A stretch of 64,000 nucleotides of DNA, from NCBI RefSeq assembly GCF_000143415.4, contig NW_003314366.1:248001-312000 (forward strand). The letters are read 5' to 3'. Source of the DNA: Selaginella moellendorffii. Taxonomy: Eukaryota; Plantae; Lycopodiophyta. The notes under the pieces are model-generated. The model was not told the DNA's origin. It ran no database searches and saw only the letters and a list, made by a program, of their open reading frames with translations. The position numbers were made by a program, and so were the translations under genes. Positions within the stretch are counted from its first letter, which is position 1, and every line of letters begins with the position of its first letter. Positions 49,556-60,747 of the stretch are shown here, piece by piece.

Positions 49556-50060
49556 CCCCTTAAGACTTAGGGGCTTATTAGCCCCGAGAATGGCCATTCA
49601 TCTTTGTCATACTAGTGGTCTAACAATATTATCACAGTCTTGTCTTTTAAAGCTAGGCCATTGAGTGATCTTAGATACATTCTTTAGCATTTTTAAGATG
49701 TCTGCAAACATGGGAACAACCTTCCCCAATATCCCTTTTACAGTCCTTACCAAGTCCTTTTTTTGTCCATAGCGATGTTTGCCAACACTACCACTGGGTC
49801 AAGGCATATAGGTTTGACTACTAAGTCTTACTATCCTTTGGGACTTCCTCACCATGTGACTGTATTTTTGGTCATTGTAAACTCATGAGTTTGGACTTAT
49901 TAAGTCTTACTATCCTTTGGGATTTCCTCACCACGTGACCGTATTTTTGGTCATTGTAAACTCATGAGTTTGGACTTCCCGGGAAGTCACCCAACCTAGT
50001 ACTATTCAAACCTTACTATCCTTTGGGACTTTCTCACCACGTGACCGTATTTTTGGTCAT

Positions 50061-50607
50061 TGTAAACTCATGAGTTTGGAGCCTAGTACTATTCAAACCC
50101 AAGGACGCTTAACCCCAACTATTATAAAACTCTTAACCAATTAGAAAAGAGGGTGCACTTTTATTCATGGGCCCTTTCCCTCTATATTTGAACTCCATAG
50201 ACCGTCTCTTGAGTCGTTCCCTTTAGTTGCTTACAATCCACTATGCTTCCCTGCAAGTTCACACCCTCACGAATGAAAGTTGAGAGCTATAGCTCTCTTG
50301 AGAGCCTCGCTCTTTTGACACCCTACCCCTTAGGTCGAGCCCAGAAAGAATAAATTGAACTTGCCAGATGTCAATCAACATAGCCAACCAACAGAGTTGG
50401 ACCCAAGACTCGCTCTGATACCAAGTGTAAGCTATTGAGTTTGGAGTTCCCGAGAGGTCACCCAACCCAGTACTATTCAAACCCAAGGACGCTTAACCCC
50501 AACTATAACCAATTGAAAAAAGGGGTGCATTCTTATTTATGGGCCCTTTCCCTCTATATTTGAACCCCATGGACCGTCTCTCGAGTCATTCCCTTTGGTT
50601 GCTTACA
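50061..50607 (-). mobile_element. Full-length Cassandra TRIM
   Basis: LTRs 50061-50235 and 50426-50607, PBS GCTCTGATACCA and TSD GTCAT. The left junction is locally triplicated (49876, 49955, 50061). Confidence 0.88.
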
Positions 50608-51469
50608 GTCATTACACCAAATAACTATTCCTCTTCTTTTCCATAATCTAGGACTTTAGGACAATATTTCGGAACATCGTGGCCCTCATAGGTACTCTCC
50701 CCCTTTGGGTGTTCTAGCCATAGGGCTAGAGTGAAGTTTCATTGAGCCACACTAAGTATCCAAGTAGATAGTGCCACCCACACTTGGACTAGGAGCATCG
50801 ACCATTCGATCTCCCAGAGGAACTAGAGCCAGCTCTTGAACACTTTACCAAGTTACCCCACTTGTCAGTCCGTATTCATTTTAGCTTTGGACTCCTCAGT
50901 GAATATATCATCACCCAACACATGGGTATAGCCTTCCTGGGTCATATTAGCCTTTCCTATCTAAATTAGTTCCATTGGAGTCTAACCCTCACACTCTCCT
51001 TACTATACTCTACTATACTTTTGGAACCATCCCCACACCCCCCCCCCCCCTCTCTCTTGTAAGCAACTAAATTTTTCATTCTATTTTAATCACTTAACCA
51101 CACCTTCAACCATTTGGAGGAGTCTTAAGTCCTATTCCAAACTTGGGGGCTTATTAGCCCCGAGAATGGCCATTCATCTTTGTCATACTGATAGTCTAAG
51201 AACATTATCACAGTCTTGTCTCTTAAAGACTAGGCCATTGAGATCCACTCTTTAGCATCTTTAAGATGCTTGCAAACATGGGAACAACCTTCCCTAATAT
51301 CTTTAAGATGCTTGCAAACATGGGAACAACCTTCCCCAATATCCCTTTTCCTTTTTTTGTCCATAGCTATGTTTGCCAACACTACCATTGGGTCAAGGTC
51401 TATAGGCCCGATTACTAAGTCCTACTATCCTTTGGGACTTCCTCACCACGTGACCGTATTTTTGGTCAT

Positions 51470-51638
51470 TATAAGCTCACCCAACCTAGTACTATTCAAA
51501 CCCAAGGACACTTAACCCCAACTATCCCAAAACCCTTAACCAATTGGAAAAGAGGGTGCACTTTTATTCATAGGCCATTTCCCTTTATATTTGAACCCCA
51601 TAGATCGTCTTTCGAGTCATTCCTTTTGGTTGCTTACA
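51470..51638 (-). mobile_element. Cassandra solo LTR (internally deleted)
   Basis: TSD GTCAT, at the same host position as the 50061-50607 copy. Confidence 0.85.
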
Positions 51639-53563
51639 GTCATTACACCAAATAACTACTCCTCTTCCTTTCCATAATTTAGGACTTTGGGACAACATTT
51701 TGGAACACCGTGGCCCTACACGAGCCTCATGGTGTAAGCCACAAATTTTTCCTTTCCAATTTGCCAGCTTACCTCGTCTATCCATCCAACACTGCCTTGG
51801 CTTTTGCTAAGTTCCCTTGCCAAGGTTTTCGCCTATGGTACCAGCCCCTACTTGGTTTCAGCTACTCACTGCACGAGCAACGGAGTGTTAGCCATCCTTC
51901 CACGGATTCCCAAATCACTCTCAATCCCCCTCCCCGGGTTAGACTGGACTTAAGGTTCGGCTACACTCCCCGTAAGCACAAGCAGCCAAGCACACCAAGC
52001 TTCCAGGTTCTTAACATCCCTTGGTACCACAAGACTTGATCATGGGACCCTCTAAATCCCAAGTCTTGAGTGCAACACTTGCTTCGGGACGCCGGGGCGA
52101 AACACCGTGGCCTAGCGGCCCGGTATGGGTACCTCTCGCCCCCCACTTCCATCCCGAAGGAAGGCCCAAGCCCCTAGGAAGGGCGAGGACCAATGAGCCG
52201 CGTGGTACTCAAGTGGGGCACCACTCCACATGAGCCGGGAGCACCGCAATCGGTTTCCCTTTCGGGAGTGGGAGCTGCTCTTGAGCACTTCCTTGGATGG
52301 CCCCTCCGGCACCAGCCAAGTCCATGCTCACTCCCACCCAAGGCCCCTCGGTCCCAGTCTCAACCTCAAGTCGGTTTGGAAGCCCAACTGGAGAGTCCCT
52401 TCAAAACTGGTTCCTGGACCTCACTATCCCTACTATACTTTTGGAACCCCCTGCAGCCCCCCCCCCCCTGGGAGACGCACGCTTTGGGCTTTCACCCCTT
52501 GACCCGTATTAGTATTTGGACTTAGTCTCTGGCTCGATCTCGGACCCGATTTCGGATCCGACTTCGGATTCGGGTTCGGACTCGATCACGGACTCGATCT
52601 CGGACCCGATCTTGGACCCGACCTCGGACTCGACCTCGGACTCTATCTCGAACTCGGTCCTAGAGTCGGTCTTGGACTCGATCCTCGACTTGGTCCCATC
52701 CGATGAACTCTTTGTCATTTCGGTCAAGCTTTTGGGGATCCTTTAGCCTACGACATCTCGGGGAGTCGGTTCCTTACAACTCCACCACCCATAGAAGAAG
52801 TTCGATGCCCACATCGAACGTCTCGTTTTATCCTACGACTTGTTGACCATGTCTCCGGGGGCATCCCCCCACTTAGCGGTGTGCCTAAGTTAGCCTCCCC
52901 GGCCAAGAGCCCATGACAACGGAATATAGGTGTCCCTATACTCCTCACCTCACCACGCCCTAGTATAGGGTCGGGACTTGAACCCAGCCTTGCTTTACTA
53001 GGGGGTTAGGACTCGAACCCAACCTCCGTAGAATACGTCTACGGATTCGACATCCCCGCGGGGAGTCGGGTGTAGTGCCCTACGCCTGGTCGACCTATCC
53101 AACCCATGCTAACTAGCTTACCTTTGGCGCGCCTTCGGGTCCCAACATATTGCACTTGCTCAACTTTGCAAATTGATATTTTTAATTGAATTTTGCATAA
53201 GTACATAGAGTTCTGCCTTGTAGAAATTCCTCCACTAGTTCTCGAGCGTTTGCTAGGTTCTCCTCCGGTTCCCATGTTGCTTCGCAGTGTGGAAATCCTT
53301 TCCACTTCACATGGAACTCTCTCACCTCGCGTCCTTGTCGCTTGCTCTTGCGCGCATTGAGGATGGCCTCGACTTCGTATTCCTCTTCCCCTTGGATAAC
53401 CTCAAGTAAAGGTCTCACTTGGTCCTTGCGAAGCGGATCCTCAAAGTACGGCTTGAGTAAGTTCACGTGGAACACTGGGTGCATCTTCCCCATCTCTCGA
53501 GGAAGTCGGAGTCGGTAAGCCACTTTACCGATTCGTGCCTCAATTTCATAAGGCCCCGCGAAC

Positions 53564-53615
53564 CTGCTTAAGGAACTCAAGATCAATTCATTTACAGGAA
53601 TACATGCATCTTTAC
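53564..53615 (-). other. 52-nt spliceosomal intron in the integrase GPY/F region
   Basis: GTAAAG...TAAGCAG. Removal restores KLTQ-R-FAGPYEI. Confidence 0.88.
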
Positions 53616-54033
53616 CTTTGGGTCAACTTTCGGCTGATCCCACTTGGTAGTCTGAGGTTCTTGGTGTTCAGCCACACCTTCTCCCTAGCTTGGAACTCCA
53701 CATCCCGACGCTTTTGGTTCGCGTACTTAGTTTGCCTTTGTTGAGCCCGTTCCAAGGAATCCCTCACTAGATTCCAAATGTTGAGTCTTTCCGCCGTGAA
53801 TGCCTCCACTGCGGGTAACTCTCCATGATACTCGGCCACGCCGAGTTCCACAGGACCTTCAATAGCTCGCCCATTGATGACTTCCCATGGACTCACCCCG
53901 ATACTCTAATGTGGTGAGTTGTTATAACACATTTCCTCAAGTCCCAAATGACTTACCCAATCGGTCTGGTCTCCCGAGACATAGCATCGCAAATAATCCT
54001 CCAGCTGCCTATTCACCCTTTCCGTTTGTCCGT

Positions 54034-54079
54034 CTGTCAAGAAGTGTTAGTGCCAACAACTTGACTCAATACCCCATAC
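54034..54079 (-). other. 46-nt spliceosomal intron in the integrase core
   Basis: GTATGG...CTAAC...TTGACAG. Removal restores HPQT-D-GQTERVN. Confidence 0.88.
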
Positions 54080-55443
54080 CTGTCTGTGGGTGATAGGCTG
54101 TGCTGAATTTCAACTTGGTGCGATACTGTTCCAGGAGAGTCATCCAGAACCTACTGGTGAAGATCTTATCTCGATCTGAGATGATCTCTTCCGGTCTTCC
54201 CCGCACTCGAACCACTTGTTCGAAGAACAGCTTTGCCACACCTTCCGCATCCACCTCTGTTGTGGTGGGTATGAAGTGTGCCATTTTCAAAAATCGGTCC
54301 ACCACCACGAATATCGCATCAAATCCCTCACTTGGGGGGAGTCCCGTGATGAAGTCCATCGTAAGACATTTCCACGGGCGATCTAGAATTGGGATGCTTT
54401 GCAACAAGCCCCCACTAGCCTTGGTCACGGCTTTTACCTGCTGACATGTTGGACATGTCTTTACATAGTCTTGGACGTCCTTAGCCATATCTGGCCAATG
54501 GTACTTCCTTTTGAGTAAGCCCATCGTCTTGGGCACTCCACCGTGTCCCGCAAGAGGTCCGTCATGACACTCTTCTAAGGCCACCTTCCTTAGTTCCCCT
54601 TCTGGAACATACACCCTCGTTTGCTTGTAATAAATGAGTCCGTTGCGTTCTGCATAGCCCGTTTTCTCTTCCGTTGGCAGCTCACCTCTCTGGTGAGCTT
54701 CCCGCGCCTCTAGATTCCTCAGCAACACTTCCTGTGCTAGACCATCATTCTCATATGCTGTCCGCACATCGTCCCAGAAGGTTGCTGTTGCGCTGGATAT
54801 TGCCAACTTCAAGCTCGCTTTTCGACTTAGCGCATCCGCCACGATGTTGCTCTTCCCAGGCTTGTACAGAATTTCGCAATCAAACTCGGCCAAGGCATTG
54901 GCCCACCGACCTTGTTTCCCTCTTAGGTCGGGCTGTGACAAGAAGTGTTTCGTTGCCACATTGTCCGTGTAAACCTTGAAGTGTCTCCCAAGGTAGTGTC
55001 GCCACTCCTTGAGTGCCTTGACCACCGCAAACAATTCCTTCTCATGGGCAGGCCACTTCCGTTGAGCCTTGTCCAGCTTCTTCGAGAAGAACGCTACCGA
55101 ATGGTTGTCTTGCTTCAGAACTGCGCCCAACGCAAAGTCCGAAGCATCCGTTTCTACCTCAAAGTCCTTACCAAAGTCTGGCAATGCCAATACGGGAGCC
55201 TTCCTCAACTTCCCTTTGAGGTGGACGAATGCCGCCTCGCATTCTGCTGTCCATACCATCTTCCTTTTTCCTGTTTGGTCTGTTAAGGGCAGGGCTACTC
55301 TCGAATAGTGTCTGATAAACTTTCGATAGTAGTTGCATAGCCCCAGGAACGCCCTCAACTCATGTACATTCGATGGTCGCTCCCATTCCTGGATCGCTTG
55401 GACCTTCTCCGGGTCCACCTTGAGCCCGTCCTGGCCCACCACA

Positions 55444-55638
55444 TGTAAACTCCTGAGTTTGGACTTCCCGGGAGGTCACCCAGCCCAGTACTATTCAAAC
55501 CCAAGGACGCTTAACTCCAAAATATCCCAAGACCCTTAACCGATTGGAAAAGGGGGTGCACTCTTATTCATGGGCCCTTTCCCTCTATATTTGAACCCCA
55601 TGGATTGTCTCTCAAGTCGTTCCCTTTGGTTGCTTACA
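55444..55638 (-). mobile_element. Cassandra solo LTR inserted in the Gypsy RT
   Basis: TG..CA ends with exact TSD CCACA, splitting FLGHVV|GQDG. Confidence 0.93.
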
Positions 55639-58600
55639 CCACATGCCCGAGAAACTTTACCTCTTGTTGAGCAAAGTCACATTTGCTCTCTTTAGCATAC
55701 AGTTTGTGTTCCCTTAGTTTCTCAAACACCTTCGCCAAGTGTTTGGCATGCTCCTCTAGCGTCTCGCTATAGATCAGGATGTCGTCAATATAGACGACCA
55801 CGAAGTGATCCAGATAGGGTACAAAGATGTGGTTCATCAACGCCGAAAACGTTGCCGGCGCATTGCACAGCCCAAAGGGCATCACTAGAAACTCAAAGCT
55901 CCCATACCTTGTTCGACAAGTTGTCTTCTCGACATCTTCCTCAGCTACCCTGATCTGGTAGTATCCTGACCTTAGGTCAATCCTCGAGAAGTATTTTGCC
56001 TTTCCCAACCTATCGAACAGGTCCTCAATCCTTGGCAAACGGTACTTGTTCTTCTTGGTATACTTGTTGAGCAACCGGTAATCTATGCACATGCGCATAG
56101 ATCCATCTTTCTTTTTCACAAATAATACCGGCGCCCCATACGGCAACTTGCTCAACCTAACATACCCTTTGTCCACCAACTCCTCTAGTTGGCACTTGAG
56201 CTCCTTGAGTTCCTTTTCGTTCAAACGATAGGGTGGACGAACCACCACCTCAGCGCCCTCGACCAGCTCAATCTTATGTTCTATCGGTCGTGCGGGGGGC
56301 AACCCCGCCGGTAGCTCCTCCGGCATGGTATCCTGGAATTGGTCCAACACTCGCTGGATCACTAAAGGCACTTCTTCCGTTCTTGTCTTTTTGTCACTCT
56401 TCACCGAGAGTAAGCACAAAAAGGCTGCCTTAGTTCCTTTAGTGAGTTGTCCTCTCGTGGACACCAGGTTTAAGTAAGATTCTTTGGCCTTGCTTTGCCC
56501 TACCTTTACATCCTGGGCTTCCACCCTAGATCTTCTTCCTTGGGCATTCGCCAGTACCACAAGGTTCCTACCTTGTCCATGTAGGGCTACCACGAACCGA
56601 TTGAACCAATCCATTCCGAAGATCACGTCAAATCCCGCCATGTCCAACACGGTGAAATCCATGTCTACCTTCCAAGTCCCCACTTCGACTCTCGCTTATC
56701 GAAGTACCTCATCGGTGCTTTGGCTACCTTGAACAAACTCTATAGTCCTTGGTTCGCCTAGCCGCTGCACCGTTAGTCCGGCTTGCCGGACTATGTCTGC
56801 AGCCACAAAATTATCCGAAGCACCCGTGTCAATAAGGATCTTAACAAAGCTACCTCCGAGCTTCCCTCGGAGGGCTAGTAGATGTCGCGAACGACTCTCT
56901 ACCAAAGTTGCTCGTGTAATGAGTAACTTTGAGTTAGGGACTGGATCACATACCTCATTTTGGACTTCACCCGACTTGATGGCCATATTGGCTCTGGCCT
57001 TCTTCGGGTAGGGACATTCCCTCGAAAAGTGTCCCGCTTCACCGCAGTTGTAGCATACGTTGTTTCCCACGCTGCTATATGACTTGACCTTCTTATCCGT
57101 GGGTTTGTCTCTTTTCGCTTGACTCCCCCACGTACTTGCTCGCTGGCCACCGGATCTGCCTTTCCGGAACCCCGAGGACTCATTCTTAGAGAAACTCTTC
57201 TTGAATTTCCCTCTGCTAAACATTCCCTTCGGTTTGGCCCCTTTGTGAAACGTGGATCCCGACCCCGTCGTGTTCCCCTTTCGCAGGTTATCGTTGAAAT
57301 GCACCTTGATGGCCGCATCCAACGCTTCCTTGTAGTTGGTCGGGTTCCAGCGCATCACCTCACCGCGAGCCCAGGTTTGCAAACCTGATATAAAGGCATG
57401 GAACGCATCCATATCCCCCATGTCCGTGACAAGTATCCTCTTTGCCATGAACCCATTCACATATTCCTGGATGGTTCCAGTCTGCTTCAGCCTACTCAGC
57501 TCATCTCTCAGATGCAGAGTGGCATTCGGAGGAACGTATGTCGCGCGGATCCTCGCCTTCATCATGTCCCAGGTGGCCACCGGTCCTTCGTTGGCCTCCG
57601 TTGTTCTCCACCAAGACTTGGCATTATCTGCCAAGTATGGTTTTGCACATGGGACCTTCTCCGAGCTCGGTAACCGTAACGCTCGGAAGTAGTCCTCCAT
57701 ATCGTAAAACCAATCCTCCACAACCTTATAGTCGTTCACTCCCTTGAACACCGGTGGGGGCTTTGGTTTGTACTTGGGAACTGCCTGAAGGACTGATTCC
57801 ACTTCGGTCTGTTCGACCTTGTCTGGTTTTGCCTCAGTCCCTGCCGAAGGGTCTGCACCTTCTGCGCTGCCTTCATCCGCAGTCTTTCGCTTTTTCTTCC
57901 GCTTCTCGTCACGCTTTAACTTGCGTACGAGAGTCTCCAGCAGGGCATTGGTCTGTGCCAACTGTCCTTCTAGCACGTCCAATCGAGCCTTGGATGACCG
58001 AACCTCGCCACCGGACTCCTGTTTGGAAGTTTCCTCACTAGAGTCCTCCTCATGCAAGGATTCCTCATCCATAGCCTCTTGTTCAATCGGAGGCTCCAGC
58101 TCCGGCAGAGGTTCCGTCTCCGCCTGGGTTCGCTTACGCCCTGCCCTTGCCATCTCCCAGCAATCCGCCTCTATCCTTCGCTAGAACTGAGATAAAGGCT
58201 CCGATACCAAATTGTAAGCCACAAATTTTTCCTTTCCAATTTGCCAGCTTACCTCGTCTATCCATCCAACACTGCCTTGGCTTTTGCTAAGTTCCCTTGC
58301 CAAGGTTTTCGCCTATGGTACCAGCCCCTACTTGGTTTCAGCTACTCACTGCACGAGCAACGGAGTGTTAGCCATCCTTCCACGGATTCCCAAATCACTC
58401 TCAATCCCCCTCCCCGGGTTAGACTGGACTTAAGGTTCGGCTACACTCCCCGCAAGCACAAGCAGCCAAGCACACCAAGCTTCCAGGTTCCTAACATCCC
58501 TTGGTACCACAAGACTTGATCATGGGACCCTCTAAATCCCAAGTCTTGAGTGCAACACTTGCTTCGGGACGCCGGGGCGAAACACCGTGGCCTAGCGGCC

Positions 58601-59602
58601 TGGTATGGGTACCTCTCGCCCCCCACTTCCATCCCGAAGGAAGGCCCAAGCCCCTAGGAAGGGCGAGGACCAATGAGCCGCATGGTACTCAAGTGGGGCA
58701 CCACTCCACATGAGTCGGGAGCACCGCAATTGGTTTCCCTTTCGGGAGTGGGAGCTGCTCTTGAGCACTTCCTTGGATGGCCCCTCCGGCACCAGCCAAG
58801 TCCATGCTCACTCCCACCCAAGGCCCCTCGGTCCCAGTCTCAACCTCAAGTCGGTTTGGAAGCCCAACTGGAGAGTCCCTTCAAAACTGGTTCCTGGACC
58901 TCACTATCCCTACTATACTTTTGGAACCCCCTGCAGCCCCCCCCCCCTGGGAGACGCACGCTTTGGGCTTTCACCCCTTGACCCGTATTAGTATTTGGAC
59001 TTAGTCTCTGGCTCGATCTCGGACCCGATTTCGGATCCGACTTCGGATTCGGGTTCGGACTCGATCACGGACTCGATCTCGGACCCGATCTTGGACCCGA
59101 CCTCGGACTCGACCTCGGACTCTATCTCGAACTCGGTCCTAGAGTCCATCTTGGACTCGATCCTCGACTTGGTCCCATCCGATGAACTCTTTGTCATTTC
59201 GGTCAAGCTTTTGGGGATCCTTTAGCCTACAACATCTCGGGGAGTCGGTTCCTTACACATGGGTACTCTCCCCACCTTCCACCTTTGGGTGTTCTAGCTA
59301 TGGGGCTAGAGTGAAATTTCGTTAAGTCACACTAAGTATCCAAGTAAATAGTGCCACCCACGCTTGGACTAGGAGCATTGACCATTTGATCTCCCGGAGG
59401 AACTAGAGCTGGCTTTTGAACACTTTACTAAGTTACCCCACTTGTCAATCCGTATTCATTTTAGCCTTAGACTCCTCAATGAATATATCATCACCCAACA
59501 CATGGGTATAACCTTCCTAGGTCACGCTGGCCTTTTCTAGCCAAACTGGCTCCACTGGGGTCCAACCCCCACACTCTCCCTACTATACTTTTGGAACCCC
59601 CT

Positions 59603-60747
59603 TGTAAGCCACAAATTTTTCCTTTCCAATTTGCCAGCTTACCTCGACTATCCGACCAACTCTGCCTTGGCTTGTGCTAAGTTCCCTTGCCAAGGTTCTC
59701 GCCTATGGTACCAGCTCCTACTTGGTCCTACTTGATTTCAGCTACTCACTGCACAAGCAGCGGAGTGTTAGCCATCCATCTACGGATTCCCAAATCTCTC
59801 CCAATCCCCCTCCCTGGGTTAGACTGGACTTAAGGTTCGGCTACACTCCCCGCAGGCACAAGCAGCCAAGCACACCAAGCCTCCAGATTCCTAACACCCC
59901 AAGGTACCACAAGACTTGATCATAGGACCCTCTAAATCCCAAGCCTTGGGTGCAGCACTTGCTTCGGGACGTCGGGGCGAAACACCATGGCCTAACGGCC
60001 CGGCATGGGTACCTCTACCCCCCCACTTCCATCCCGAAGGGAAGGCCCAAGCCCCTAGGAAGGGCGAGGACCAATGAGCCACAAGGTACTCAAGTGGGGC
60101 ACCACTCCACTTGAGCTAGGAGCACCGCAGTCGGTTTCCCTTTCGGGAGTGGGAGCTGCTCTTGAGCACTTCCCTGGGTGGCCCCTCCGGCACCACTCAG
60201 GCCCATGCTCACTCCCACCCAAGGCCCCTCGGCCCCAGTCTCAACCTCAAGTCAGTTTGGAAGCACCACTAGAGAGTTCCTTCAAGACTGGTTCCTGGAC
60301 CTCACTATCCCTACTATACTTTTGGAACCCCCTGCAGCCCCCCCCCCGGGAGACGCATGCTTTGGGCTTTCACCCCTTGACCCGTATTAGTATTTGGACT
60401 TAGTCTCTGGCTCGATCTCGGACCTGATTTCGGATCCGACTTCGGATTTGGTCTCGGACTCGATCTCGGACCCGATCTCGGACCCGACCTCGGACTCGAC
60501 CTCGGACTCGGTCTCGGACCCAATTTCGGATCTCGGACTCCATCTCGAACTCGGTCTCGAACTCGGACTCGAACTCGGTCCCCAAGTCGGTCTCGGACTC
60601 GATTCCGGACTCTATCTCGAACTCGGTCCTAGAGTCGGTCTTGGACTCGATCCTCGACTTGGTCCCATCCGATGAACTCTTTGTCATTTCGGTCAAGCTT
60701 TTGGGGATCCTTTAGCCTACGACATCTCGGGGAGTCGGTTCCTTACA
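59603..60747 (-). mobile_element. Solo LTR family A
   Basis: TGTAAGCC..CCTTACA with exact TSD CCCCT. Confidence 0.9.

Larger units (their letters stand above)
53182..58153 (-). pseudogene. gag-pol polyprotein with introns; disabled by 2 stops and a Cassandra insertion
   Basis: CYNCGEAGHFSREC zinc knuckle, IDTGAS protease, [17 protein letters not shown] RNase H, HHCC/DFITGLP integrase, GPY motif and chromodomain YEVEAIL..VKWKGF...TWEP. Stops at 56696 and about 53907. Confidence 0.92.
51733..59257 (-). mobile_element. Full-length Ty3/Gypsy chromovirus LTR retrotransposon (family A)
   Basis: LTRs 51733-52778 and 58213-59257 differ by about 9 substitutions and 1 indel by eye. TSD CATGG, PBS TGGTATCGGAGCC and PPT GGGTGGTGGAG. 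Domain order is gag-PR-RT-RH-IN-chromodomain. Confidence 0.96.

Noticed and set aside
53145-53217. Possible fourth intron after the chromodomain
   Set aside because: The stretch is AT-rich and intron-sized, but the splice sites are weak and no conserved motif is restored to test it.
56696-56698. Programmed gag-pol readthrough stop
   Set aside because: The TAA falls in the middle of the protease domain and is most simply a CAA>TAA mutation.
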